Below are positions 54,848-64,000 of a stretch of 64,000 nt of DNA, piece by piece. How positions within the stretch are numbered: the stretch's first letter is position 1; each line of letters opens with the position of its first letter. The DNA is taken from contig JAKSJB010000005.1 in assembly GCA_024398475.1 (NCBI GenBank), positions 2,182 to 66,181 on the forward strand, read 5' to 3'. This stretch comes from Bacteroidaceae bacterium. GTDB lineage: Bacteria; Bacteroidota; Bacteroidia; Bacteroidales; Bacteroidaceae. A model generated the notes under the pieces. That model saw nothing but the letters and a program-made list of their open reading frames with translations. It was not told the DNA's origin and made no database searches. Position numbers and translations under genes: made by a program.

Positions 54848-55600
54848 ATGAAACTAAAGATTCGTTCCATGGCAATTTTCGCCATGATATTTAGTGCGCT
54901 GGGTTGTACTGCCCAAAACAATAAGGCTGACGATTCACTTTCTGGCGATTCGTTCACTTCCGCCAACGGTAAGAACATCAAGTGTTTCTGCATCAAGCAC
55001 GGTAGCGTAAGAATGCAGATTGGAGACAGGTGGGTGTATGTGGATCCCGTAACTGATGCCGTAGCTCCGACTACTGACTACACCGACATGCCTAAGGCTG
55101 ACGTAATCCTCATAACACACGAACATCAGGACCATCTGGATTCAGTGGCTATACGTCAACTTACCAAGTCCACTACCCTACTCATCACCAACCAACGATG
55201 CAACGAGTTGCTCTCGGGCAAGGGAAAGGTGATGCGCAACGGTGACAGGACGGAAGTATTCGGCGAAATCACCATTGAAGCCGTTCCTGCATACAACAAA
55301 TCGGCTGACCGGCTGCAGTTCCACCCAAAAGGACGTGACAATGGCTATGTACTGACTTACGACGGTTTCAGGATATATGTTGCAGGTGATACCGAGGATA
55401 TCGACGAGATGAAGGCTGTGGGGAACATCGATGTGGCGTTCCTCCCATGCAATCTTCCGTTTACCATGTCGCCCGAACAACTGCTGAATGCTGCAAATAC
55501 CATCAAGCCTAAGGTTCTGTATCCTTACCATTTCGGTCAGACCGACATGCAGAAAGTAAAGGATCTGTTCGGGGGAAAGAAAAACGCTGTGCGGTTTTAA
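54848..55600 (+). CDS. secreted MBL-fold metallo-hydrolase
   Basis: It has a lipoprotein signal (FSALGCTAQ) and an HxHxDH motif (ITHEHQDHLD). Confidence 0.75.
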   Translation: MKLKIRSMAIFAMIFSALGCTAQNNKADDSLSGDSFTSANGKNIKCFCIKHGSVRMQIGDRWVYVDPVTDAVAPTTDYTDMPKADVILITHEHQDHLDSVAIRQLTKSTTLLITNQRCNELLSGKGKVMRNGDRTEVFGEITIEAVPAYNKSADRLQFHPKGRDNGYVLTYDGFRIYVAGDTEDIDEMKAVGNIDVAFLPCNLPFTMSPEQLLNAANTIKPKVLYPYHFGQTDMQKVKDLFGGKKNAVRF

Positions 55601-55803
55601 AAGCCATTGGCTTTAACGCAAACGCAAACCCTAACGCAAAAAGGGGAACACTAACCCTAACGCAAACGCAAAGGTCGTTGGCTCGAAATTTCGATATATC
55701 GATAATTCGATTTATCGAAGACTCGAATCCTCGAAAACGATAACGCAAACGCAAAGACTCGTAGACTCGTTGACTTGTTGACTTGTTGACTCTAAAAAAA
55801 AGA
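55599..55803 (+). repeat. ~200-bp mosaic repeat, copy X
   Basis: It is identical to 58866-59062 except for one extra 8-nt word and one substitution, by hand alignment. Confidence 0.9.
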
Positions 55804-55806
55804 ATT

Positions 55807-56745
55807 ATGAACATACTGTATAAGATTTCAGGCTGGATTGCCGGCAACCTAACTCTGATCATTGTGGCAGTTACTGCATTGGCACTTTGGCAACCTGCAT
55901 CGTTTACGTGGATAAGTATAGCTGCCATCACACCGTTGTTGGCAATTGTAATGTTCGGTATGGGACTGACCATGAAACCTGCTGATTTCGGACCGATTTT
56001 TACCCGTCCAAAGGAAATCATTATCGGTGAACTTGCTCAGTTCATCATCATGCCGATGTTGGCTTGGTTGCTTTGCTACCTGTTGAAACTGCCGACTGAA
56101 CTGGCTCTCGGAATGATACTCGTAGGTTGCTGTCCCGGAGGAACTGCATCAAACGTCATGTGCTATCTTGCAAAGGGGGATGTTCCGCTTTCCATTGCCA
56201 TGACTACCGTCTCCACCCTACTCGCTCCGATTGTAACTCCGGCTCTTGTGCTGTTACTGACGGGCAAGGAGATTCACGTTGATGTCTTCGGTATGTTCAT
56301 CAGCATCGTTCAGGTAGTAATTCTTCCTGTTTCGATAGGTTTTATCATCAACCACTTTTTCGGAAAATACACACGCAGGATTGTACCTCTGATGCCTATG
56401 ATTTCTGCACTTGCGGTAATGGCAATTATCGGAGTCGTGGTTTCATGCAATCAGGTTAAGATTCTGCAATGCAGCCTTATCGTAGCAGTTGCTGTAATAC
56501 TCCACAACACACTTGGACTGGTACTCGGCTATCTGCTCGGCAAGTGTGCGCGACTCAGCAAACCGAAGAGTGCAGCCATTTCCATCGAAGTGGGAATGCA
56601 GAATGCGGGGTTGGCTACTTCGCTGGCAACAATACACTTTGCCATGTACCCCATGGCTGCAGTTCCGGGAGCGCTATTTTCGATATGGCACAACTTATCA
56701 GGCAGCATTGCTGCATCCATATTCCGCAAAGGCAACAAGTCATAA
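55807..56745 (+). CDS. bile acid:sodium symporter (BASS) family transporter
   Basis: The polytopic pattern includes the CCPGGTASNV signature. Confidence 0.85.
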   Translation: MNILYKISGWIAGNLTLIIVAVTALALWQPASFTWISIAAITPLLAIVMFGMGLTMKPADFGPIFTRPKEIIIGELAQFIIMPMLAWLLCYLLKLPTELALGMILVGCCPGGTASNVMCYLAKGDVPLSIAMTTVSTLLAPIVTPALVLLLTGKEIHVDVFGMFISIVQVVILPVSIGFIINHFFGKYTRRIVPLMPMISALAVMAIIGVVVSCNQVKILQCSLIVAVAVILHNTLGLVLGYLLGKCARLSKPKSAAISIEVGMQNAGLATSLATIHFAMYPMAAVPGALFSIWHNLSGSIAASIFRKGNKS

Positions 56746-56835
56746 TGTTTCCTAAACATCTCCAGACACAGGCAAAGCAGTCAATAGATTGCAAAAGATT
56801 TGGCATTGAGCCGGAAAATGACTAACTTTGCAGCC

Positions 56836-56843
56836 TAATTTTG
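56836..56843 (+). promoter_or_regulatory. -7 box TAATTTTG for dedA-like gene
   Basis: This is an exact TAnnTTTG, 20 nt upstream of ATG 56863. A second TAACTTTG lies at 56823-56830. Confidence 0.5.
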
Positions 56844-56862
56844 CATTTAAGGAAAAATATTG

Positions 56863-57504
56863 ATGGAACAATTTATCATAGAACTCTTTCGCGGTGCGCT
56901 CGAGAACCTCAACTATGGGTGGGTAATACTTCTGATGGCAATAGAAAGTTCCTTTATTCCATTTCCTTCCGAGGTGGTGATGATACCTGCTGCATATATG
57001 GCATGTGCCGACGGTGAGATGTCGATACCGATTATCATTCTCTGCGGAACAGCAGGAGCCTTGATAGGTGCATTCATCAACTACGGACTCTCCTATTGGC
57101 TGGGACGACCTATAGTATACAGGTTTGCCAACAGCCGATTCGGTCACATGTGCCTGATTGACCAGAAGAAAGTGGAAAAGGCAGAACAGTACTTCGACAG
57201 CCACGGTGCAATTTCCACTCTCATCGGAAGAATGATACCTGCCATACGTCAACTCATCAGCATTCCTGCAGGACTGGCAAAGATGAACCTTGGCAGTTTC
57301 ACTCTCTACACTTGTCTCGGTGCAGCAATTTGGAATGCCATACTCGTGGGAATAGGTGTTGCATGCCACAAGGCGGTGGACAAGGAAACTCTCATTCAGA
57401 CTATCTCACACTACAGCCACATCATAGGATACGCAGCAATCGCAATCTGTCTGCTCATCATCGTTTATCTCATCTGGCAGGGTGTGAAGAAGGAAAGAAA
57501 ATAA
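56863..57504 (+). CDS. DedA family membrane protein
   Basis: It has the SNARE-associated/DedA pattern (ESSFIPFPSEVV..., GR.IP..R..IS.PAG). Confidence 0.85.
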   Translation: MEQFIIELFRGALENLNYGWVILLMAIESSFIPFPSEVVMIPAAYMACADGEMSIPIIILCGTAGALIGAFINYGLSYWLGRPIVYRFANSRFGHMCLIDQKKVEKAEQYFDSHGAISTLIGRMIPAIRQLISIPAGLAKMNLGSFTLYTCLGAAIWNAILVGIGVACHKAVDKETLIQTISHYSHIIGYAAIAICLLIIVYLIWQGVKKERK

Positions 57505-57522
57505 TAAAATAACTATATACAG

Positions 57523-58848
57523 ATGTTTGAAAACCTAAGCGAACGACTCGAACGGTCGTTTAAGATACTCAAGGGTGAAGGCAAGATTACCGAAATCAAT
57601 GTTGCCGAAACTCTCAAGGACGTAAGAAAGGCATTGCTTGAAGCCGATGTCAACTACAAGGTTGCAAAGACCTTTACGGACACCGTAAAGCAGAAGGCTC
57701 TCGGTCAGGATGTACTCACTGCCGTAAAGCCAAGTCAGTTGATGGTGAAGATTGTTCACGACGAACTTGCCGACCTCATGGGTGGGGAAGCAACCGAAAT
57801 CAATCTTGAAGGACGTCCGGCAATCATACTCATGGCTGGTCTGAACGGTGCCGGAAAGACAACTATGGCAGGAAAACTTGCCCTTATGCTCAAGAGCAAG
57901 AAAAACAAGCGTCCACTCCTTGCTGCATGCGATACTTTCCGTCCTGCCGCAATGGAACAGTTGCGCGTACTTGCCGAACAGATTGACGTTCCTATCCATC
58001 TTGAACTCGGTGCTACTGACCCTGTACAGGTTGCTGTCAATGCCATTCAGGAAGCACGTGCCAAGAACTACGACGTTGTTATCGTCGATACTGCCGGACG
58101 ACAGTCCATCGATGAGGAACTGATGATACAGATACAGCAGATCAAGGCTGCCATCAATCCAAGCGAAACACTCCTCGTTGTCGATGCCATGACCGGACAG
58201 GATGCCGTAAATACGGCAAAGACTTTCAACGAACGTCTGGAAATCGACGGTGTAATACTCACAAAACTCGATGGTGACACCCGAGGCGGTGCTGCCCTTT
58301 CAATACGTACCGTAGTAGATAAGCCTATCAAGTTCGTCGGAACAGGTGAAAAGATGGAAGCACTCGATGTATTCCACCCTGCCCGTATGGCAGACCGTAT
58401 CCTCGGTATGGGTGACATCGTCAGTCTCGTGGAGCGCGCTCAGCAGCAGTTCGACGAAGAAGAAGCAAAGAGACTCCAGAAGAAGATAGCCAAGAACAAG
58501 TTTGACTACAACGATTTCTACGGACAGATACAGCAAGTGAAGAAGATGGGAAACATCAAGGAACTTGCGTCTATGATACCAGGACTCGGAAAACAAATCA
58601 AGGACATTGACTTCGATGACAACGCATTCAAACGCGTAGAAGCCATGATTGATTCCATGACACCATACGAGCGCGAACATCCTGACTGCATCAACATGAG
58701 CCGCAGGCAGCGTATTGCAAAAGGATCGGGTAATTCAATCGAGGAAGTAAACCGAATGACCAAGCAGTTCGACCAAATGCGCAAGGCGATGAAGATGATG
58801 AACGGCAACAAGTTTGCCCAGATGGCAATGCGCATGCCAAGAAGGTAA
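57523..58848 (+). CDS. ffh: signal recognition particle protein
   Basis: The N and G domains carry GLNGAGKTT, DTAGR and TKLDGD. A Met-rich M domain follows. Confidence 0.97.
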   Translation: MFENLSERLERSFKILKGEGKITEINVAETLKDVRKALLEADVNYKVAKTFTDTVKQKALGQDVLTAVKPSQLMVKIVHDELADLMGGEATEINLEGRPAIILMAGLNGAGKTTMAGKLALMLKSKKNKRPLLAACDTFRPAAMEQLRVLAEQIDVPIHLELGATDPVQVAVNAIQEARAKNYDVVIVDTAGRQSIDEELMIQIQQIKAAINPSETLLVVDAMTGQDAVNTAKTFNERLEIDGVILTKLDGDTRGGAALSIRTVVDKPIKFVGTGEKMEALDVFHPARMADRILGMGDIVSLVERAQQQFDEEEAKRLQKKIAKNKFDYNDFYGQIQQVKKMGNIKELASMIPGLGKQIKDIDFDDNAFKRVEAMIDSMTPYEREHPDCINMSRRQRIAKGSGNSIEEVNRMTKQFDQMRKAMKMMNGNKFAQMAMRMPRR

Positions 58849-58865
58849 AACGCTGGCGCGTTTTT

Positions 58866-59062
58866 AAAAGCCATTGGCTTTAACGCAAACGCAAACCCTA
58901 ACGCAAAAAGGGGAACACTAACCCTAACGCAAACGCAAAGGTCGTTGGCTCGAAATTTCGATATATCGATAATTCGATTTATCGAAGACTCGAATCCTCG
59001 AAAACGATAACGCAAACGCAAAGACTCGTAGACTCGTTGACTTGTAGACTCTAAAAAAAAGA
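58866..59062 (+). repeat. ~200-bp mosaic repeat, copy Y
   Basis: See 55599-55803. It contains the TCGAAATTTCGA palindrome and AACGCAA and GACTCGTWGAC words. Confidence 0.9.
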
Positions 59063-59107
59063 CTCGTTGACTTAAAAAAATACAAACTCTTAAACTTATA
59101 ACATCAA

Positions 59108-59989
59108 ATGACTCTTATCGATGGAAAAGCAGTAGCAACTGCCATAAAGGAAGAAATAGCACAGGAAGTAGCCGACATCGTAGCACGTGGAGGCAAGCGT
59201 CCACACCTTGCTGCAATCCTTGTAGGACACGACGGAGGAAGCGAAACCTACGTAAAGAACAAGGTATTGGCATGCGAACAATGTGGATTCACAAGCACAC
59301 TCATCCGATTTGAGGATGACGTAACCGAAGAAGAACTTCTCAGTCAGGTTGACAAACTCAACAAGGACGAAGACGTAGATGGATTCATCGTACAACTCCC
59401 TTTGCCACGCCATATCTCTGAGCAGAAAGTCATAGAAGCCATCGACTACAGAAAAGACGTCGACGGATTCCACCCAATCAACGTAGGAAGAATGTCTATC
59501 GGTCTGCCTTGCTACATTAGTGCCACACCAAACGGAATACTCCAGTTGCTCAAATACTACAACATCGAGACGAGCGGAAAGAAGTGCGTAGTACTCGGAC
59601 GCAGCAACATAGTAGGTAAACCTATGGCACAACTCATGATGCAGAAACGTAATCCTGGTGATGCTACAGTCACTATCTGCCACAGTCACACAGCCAACAT
59701 AAAGGAAGAATGTCTTCAGGCTGACATCATAATTGCTGCACTCGGACAGCCTGGATTCGTCACAGCCGACATGGTAAAGCCTGGGGCTGTTATCATTGAC
59801 GTAGGTACTACACGAGTACCGGATGCAACACGCAAGAGCGGCTTCCGACTCAGTGGTGACGTAGATTTCGCAAACGTAGCCGAAAAATGCTCATACATAA
59901 CACCGGTACCTGGAGGAGTAGGACCAATGACCATCTGTTCATTGATGAAAAACACTCTCTCAGCCGGCAAGAAAGAATTCTACAAATAG
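59108..59989 (+). CDS. folD: bifunctional methylenetetrahydrofolate dehydrogenase/cyclohydrolase
   Basis: It has the typical FolD sequence ([27 protein letters not shown]). Confidence 0.95.
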   Translation: MTLIDGKAVATAIKEEIAQEVADIVARGGKRPHLAAILVGHDGGSETYVKNKVLACEQCGFTSTLIRFEDDVTEEELLSQVDKLNKDEDVDGFIVQLPLPRHISEQKVIEAIDYRKDVDGFHPINVGRMSIGLPCYISATPNGILQLLKYYNIETSGKKCVVLGRSNIVGKPMAQLMMQKRNPGDATVTICHSHTANIKEECLQADIIIAALGQPGFVTADMVKPGAVIIDVGTTRVPDATRKSGFRLSGDVDFANVAEKCSYITPVPGGVGPMTICSLMKNTLSAGKKEFYK

Positions 59990-60006
59990 TAAGTAAGTAG
60001 TTAAGG

Positions 60007-60072
60007 AGTTAAAGGGAGTTAAGTAGGGGATAGACTTCGCGTCAGCATACCTTTACTTAACTCCCTTTAACT
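60007..60072. repeat. perfect 19-bp inverted repeat between convergent folD and rmuC
   Basis: AGTTAAAGGGAGTTAAGTA (60007-60025) pairs with TACTTAACTCCCTTTAACT (60054-60072). It is built from the same GGAGTTAA words as the leader repeats. Confidence 0.85.
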
Positions 60073-60145
60073 ACTAATCTACTGAAAAAGTCAATCCACT
60101 ACTTAACTCCCCTCAACTCCCTTAACTACTAATCTACTGTAATAT

Positions 60146-61492
60146 TTATTCTTCCAAATTGAAGTGTTCGCTGTCGGGCAGAGGTTGGGATTTCTTTCCC
60201 TTGTCCTGCTTGGCTCCCAATGCGGTGAGTTGTCGTGCTGCCACGATGATGCTCTGACCGGATTCGGCTGTAGTGGTCTGCACTTGACGGTAGGCATCGG
60301 ACAGGTCGCCGAGCAGGTCGCCTACGCGCTTGAAACGCTGAGAGAAAAGTTGTACACGGTGGACTATATTGTCGGCACATTGCATCATGCGTTCCTGGTT
60401 CTTGGTCTGTTCGACGAGTGTCCAACTTTCCTTGGTGAGACGCAGTATGGCATAGAGGTTCTGACTGCCGGTGATAAATACATTGCGGTCGAAGGCATAT
60501 TTCCAGAGTCCGGTGTCGTTGCAGAGTGCCAATTGAAGTGCTGTTTCGCTGAACATGTACATTATCACATAATTCAGGCCCTGGTGGCCTTTCTTTATGT
60601 ATTGGCTGTAGTTCTTGCGAGAGAGTTCGTCAACGTGCTTGCGCACACTGGCTATGTGTGCCTTCAGCGCCGTCTGCCGTTCTTCCTCGTTGGCAGCATT
60701 CATGTAGTTTTCAAATGCCGTGATGGACATCTTGGAGTCGATGATGGCATCGCGGTTGTCGGTGAAGTGGAGTATTACATCGGGGATAAGTCGCCTGCCT
60801 TCTTCCGACACGATACTGTTGCCCATCTCGTCGCGCAATGTCTCCTGTATGTCGAAATGTATGCCTTTCTCCAGTTCCATACTTTCGAGGAGTTCCACGA
60901 GTTTCACTTCTCCGAAATTGCCCTGTGTCTTACTTTCTGCAGTTAAGGCGCGTGCAAGGTTATCGGCCTTGGTGCCTATATCCATAGACTGACGCATGAG
61001 AAGGTCAATCTGTGTCTTGAGTGCTGCCTGTGCCTCGGTCTGGGTTGTCTTGCTCTTATCTACAGCATCCTTCATCTGCCTTATCTCTTCCTGAAGCGGA
61101 TTGAGTATTGCACCTATCTGCTGCTTGTTCTGCATATTGAGTTCGTCCTGACGTACCTTCAGCATGTCGTGGGTGGCATTGAGCATCTGTTCCTTCATGA
61201 GATTCATCTGCTGTCTGAGGGCTTCTTCACTCTTTTTCTGCAGTTCTGCGCTGTGACTGAGTTGGCTGTCCCTGACTGCTACTTCTACCTGCAGACGGCT
61301 CTGTTCACTTTTCAGGTTTTCTATCTCCGATTCCCTGGCGGAGAGAGTATTATGAAGGTCGGAGCATTGCTGCTCAAGTTCTCGCAGGCGGCTATGCAGC
61401 AAGTAATATACCATACCACTGGCTGCGAAGCCTATGGCTATTCCTATTGCCAAGGGCCAATAACTGATGGCTTCTATCAAATATATTTCCAT
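60146..61492 (-). CDS. rmuC: DNA recombination protein RmuC
   Basis: It has an N-terminal TM helix, a long coiled coil and a C-terminal RmuC nuclease-like region (PDVILHF...D.K). Confidence 0.9.
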   Translation of the reverse strand: MEIYLIEAISYWPLAIGIAIGFAASGMVYYLLHSRLRELEQQCSDLHNTLSARESEIENLKSEQSRLQVEVAVRDSQLSHSAELQKKSEEALRQQMNLMKEQMLNATHDMLKVRQDELNMQNKQQIGAILNPLQEEIRQMKDAVDKSKTTQTEAQAALKTQIDLLMRQSMDIGTKADNLARALTAESKTQGNFGEVKLVELLESMELEKGIHFDIQETLRDEMGNSIVSEEGRRLIPDVILHFTDNRDAIIDSKMSITAFENYMNAANEEERQTALKAHIASVRKHVDELSRKNYSQYIKKGHQGLNYVIMYMFSETALQLALCNDTGLWKYAFDRNVFITGSQNLYAILRLTKESWTLVEQTKNQERMMQCADNIVHRVQLFSQRFKRVGDLLGDLSDAYRQVQTTTAESGQSIIVAARQLTALGAKQDKGKKSQPLPDSEHFNLEE

Positions 61493-64000
61493 GTATATCC
61501 TTTCCTTGATTTACGGATTTCTTCCAATGTTCCCTGTGCCACGATGGTTCCTCCGCCTCGACCGCCTTCGGGTCCCATGTCGATGATATAGTCTGCCTGA
61601 CGTATGACATCAAGGTTGTGCTCTATCACGATGACGGTATTGCCTTTTTCCACTAATCTGCCGAGTACTGCCATCAATGCCTTTATGTCCTCGAAATGCA
61701 GTCCGGTGGTTGGTTCATCGAGTATATATACGGTGTTGCCTGTGTCCTTACGACTGAGTTCGGCAGCGAGTTTTACCCGTTGACATTCTCCGCCGGAAAG
61801 TGTGGTGGAGGGCTGACCTAGTTTAATGTAGCCAAGTCCAACGTCCTGTATTACCTTTATCTTGCTTATTATCTGTGGTTGATTTTCGAAAAACTCTACT
61901 GCCTGGTTGATGGTCATATCGAGTATGTCGGCTATGGACTTACCCTTGAATCTTACTTCGAGCGTTTCGCGGTTATAGCGTTTTCCATGACATACTTCAC
62001 ACGGTGAAAGTACGTCGGGGAGAAAATTCATTGAGATGGTCTTGTAGCCGTTTCCGCTGCATGCCTCACATCGTCCTCCCTTCACGTTGAAGGAGAAGCG
62101 TCCAGGCTTATAGCCCCTTATCTTGGCTTCGGGCAACTGCACGAATAGGTCGCGTATGTCGCTGAAAACTCCGGTATAGGTGGCAGGATTGCTGCGGGGA
62201 GACTTACCTATAGGCGTCTGATCTACGGTCACTACCTTATTTATATTGTCTGCTCCTTCTATGGAATCGAACGGGAGTGGTTCCTTGAGTGAACGGTAGA
62301 ACCGCTGACTAAGGATTGGCTGAAGCGTTTCGTTAATAAGAGTTGACTTGCCCGAACCGCTGACTCCGGTGATGCAGATGAGTCTGCCCAATGGGAACGA
62401 TGCCGTGACATTCTTCAGGTTATTGCCCTTACAGCCGATGAGAGTCAGTGATTCTCCGCTGAATGCTGATTCGGATACAGATGCTGTGGGGAGCGACATG
62501 GTGTCGTCACGAAGATAGCGGGCTGTGAGGGTGTCGGTCTTCATGAGTTCTGACGGTGTGCCCTGGAACATCACTTCCCCACCCTTACGTCCTGCCAACG
62601 GACCTATGTCGATGATGTAGTCGGCATTGAGCATCATATCCCTGTCGTGTTCTACTACTATGACGGTATTGCCTTCGTCACGCAGACGCTTAAGAGATGC
62701 TATGAGTCGGTCATTGTCGCGCTGATGGAGTCCTATGCTCGGTTCATCGAGTATGTAGAGCACGTTGACGAGTTTTGCTCCTATCTGGGTGGCGAGTCGG
62801 ATTCGCTGACTTTCACCACCGGAAAGACTCATGGAACTGCGGTTGAGCGAGAGGTAGTCGAGTCCTACGTCAAGCAGGAAGGAGAGGCGGCTGCATATTT
62901 CCTTTATGATTTCCGAGGCTATCTTATTCTGACGGTCGGAAAGTTGGGTGTGAACGTTGGACATCCAGTCGTAAAGTTCTTTCAGGTCCATCGTTACTAA
63001 GTCGAAGATGTTCTTGTCTGCCAACTTATAGTGTAGTGCTTCGCGGTTGAGTCGTGCACCATGACATTCGGGGCATTCCACCAGTGTGTCGAAGGATTCA
63101 ACCCATCGCTGTACCTGTGCGGAGTCGTCGGCTTCCTTCAGTTGCTGTATGTATTTTCCGAGTCCTTCGTACTGGGTGTAGAAATCGTTGGTCTGATGGA
63201 TATTGGCTGCCTTGATGCGTATGCGTTCGGTACGACCGTAGATTATCTCGCTTACAGCATCGTCAGTCATACTGCATATCGGCGTGTCCAAGGTGTAGCC
63301 GTGGGCTTCCAGTACACCTTCAAGTTGGAAGAAAATCATCGTGGGATGATACTTGCCTACCGGTGCCAAGGCTCCTGAACGGATGGAGAGTGAACGGTCG
63401 GGTATGAGTTTGTCGGTATCTATCCTACTTATATACCCAAGTCCCTTGCAGCATGGACATGCTCCCTGGGGGGAATTGAACGAGAAGTTGTTCGGTGCAG
63501 GATCGTGGTAACTGAGCCCGGTGGTAGGACACATCAACCGCCTTGAATAATGGCGTATGGCATCGGTGTCGGCATCCATGACCATAATCAGACCTTCTCC
63601 CAACTGCATGGCTGTGGAGACACTCTTCTGGAGACGTTCGGTGTCCTTGTCACTTACTCTTATGCGGTCAACTACAACTTCTATATTATGTGTCTTGTAT
63701 CGGTCAACCTGCATTCCTGGTTCGAGTTCGCTCACCACTCCGTCAACTCTCACGCGTAGGAATCCCTTACGCTGAAGACTCTCGAACAACTCACGATAAT
63801 GTCCCTTTCGGCTTCGTACTACTGGTGCCAGTATCATGGTACGGCAACCGTTATACTGATTCACTATCAGTTCCACTATCTGCTCCTGGGTGTATTTCAC
63901 CATCAGTTCGCCTGTTTCATAACTGTAGGCATCTGCCACGCGGGCAAAGAGCAGACGGAGGTAGTCATAGACTTCGGTTACGGTACCAACCGTACTGCGT
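61477..64000 (-). CDS. uvrA: excinuclease ABC subunit A (N-terminus outside window)
   Basis: It has two ABC modules (GVSGSGKSTL, LSGGE.QR..LA, YILDEP), zinc-finger CxxC pairs, and a frame open to the window end (..TVGTVTEVYDYLRLLFARV). It overlaps the rmuC start by 16 nt. Confidence 0.97.
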   Translation of the reverse strand, partial: RSTVGTVTEVYDYLRLLFARVADAYSYETGELMVKYTQEQIVELIVNQYNGCRTMILAPVVRSRKGHYRELFESLQRKGFLRVRVDGVVSELEPGMQVDRYKTHNIEVVVDRIRVSDKDTERLQKSVSTAMQLGEGLIMVMDADTDAIRHYSRRLMCPTTGLSYHDPAPNNFSFNSPQGACPCCKGLGYISRIDTDKLIPDRSLSIRSGALAPVGKYHPTMIFFQLEGVLEAHGYTLDTPICSMTDDAVSEIIYGRTERIRIKAANIHQTNDFYTQYEGLGKYIQQLKEADDSAQVQRWVESFDTLVECPECHGARLNREALHYKLADKNIFDLVTMDLKELYDWMSNVHTQLSDRQNKIASEIIKEICSRLSFLLDVGLDYLSLNRSSMSLSGGESQRIRLATQIGAKLVNVLYILDEPSIGLHQRDNDRLIASLKRLRDEGNTVIVVEHDRDMMLNADYIIDIGPLAGRKGGEVMFQGTPSELMKTDTLTARYLRDDTMSLPTASVSESAFSGESLTLIGCKGNNLKNVTASFPLGRLICITGVSGSGKSTLINETLQPILSQRFYRSLKEPLPFDSIEGADNINKVVTVDQTPIGKSPRSNPATYTGVFSDIRDLFVQLPEAKIRGYKPGRFSFNVKGGRCEACSGNGYKTISMNFLPDVLSPCEVCHGKRYNRETLEVRFKGKSIADILDMTINQAVEFFENQPQIISKIKVIQDVGLGYIKLGQPSTTLSGGECQRVKLAAELSRKDTGNTVYILDEPTTGLHFEDIKALMAVLGRLVEKGNTVIVIEHNLDVIRQADYIIDMGPEGGRGGGTIVAQGTLEEIRKSRKGYTWKYI

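Noticed and set aside
55509-56021. 170-aa minus-strand ORF sharing a long identical peptide with the 167-aa ORF at 58518-59021, which could look like a duplicated gene.
   Set aside because: The shared peptide (..RLRYRFRGFESSINRIIDISKFRANDLCVCV..) is simply the translation of the ~200-bp mosaic repeat. Both ORFs also overlap real genes on the other strand.
60164-60946. 260-aa plus-strand ORF.
   Set aside because: It is antisense to rmuC, which is recognisable along its full length.

Overview
This looks like a chromosomal segment of a Bacteroidota genome, probably Prevotella/Segatella-like. The assignment rests on TAnnTTTG -7 promoter boxes about 20-28 nt upstream of many start codons, the absence of Shine-Dalgarno sites, and typical gene content. 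Most of the window is housekeeping. It carries rpsP, lepA, nadC, asnA, tilS, ffh, folD, rmuC and uvrA, a tRNA-Cys, a glycogen cluster (debranching enzyme, GT4, GH57), umuDC, and various transporters and peptidases.

Two things stand out.

(1) An accessory island of about 14 kb (about 36.07-50.34 kb) lies between pepP and a large polytopic membrane protein gene.
- It has no integrase or transposase.
- It opens with 1.5 kb of repeat-laden non-coding DNA.
- Next come small-protein genes: two paralogous 72-73 aa proteins and two Cys-rich zinc-ribbon-like proteins, one of them below the ORF-track cutoff.
- The core is a visibly AT-rich, tightly coupled seven-gene operon at 38380-45820. It is built around three tandem dynamin-like GTPases, one fused to ankyrin repeats. 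It also encodes a carrier-protein-like/low-complexity protein, a two-TM hairpin protein and a 148-aa protein of unknown function.
- The island ends with a decayed gene, a possible UDG-fold protein, a class-II Fic protein bracketed by four copies of a 17-nt motif, and a 464-aa orphan gene.
- I consider the dynamin-like operon the best candidate for an undescribed system, possibly related to the LeoABC/Eleos systems and involved in membrane surveillance or anti-phage defence.

(2) The intergenic DNA across the whole window is made of a mosaic family of short-word repeats.
- These include 7-8-nt tandem words such as CTYGTWGA and AACGCAA, hairpin modules, and leader elements of about 150-310 nt that start just downstream of -7 boxes.
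- Two copies of about 200 bp are near-identical.
- One 52-nt block occurs twice without a single difference.

All functional calls come from motif and pattern recognition by eye. No database search was run.
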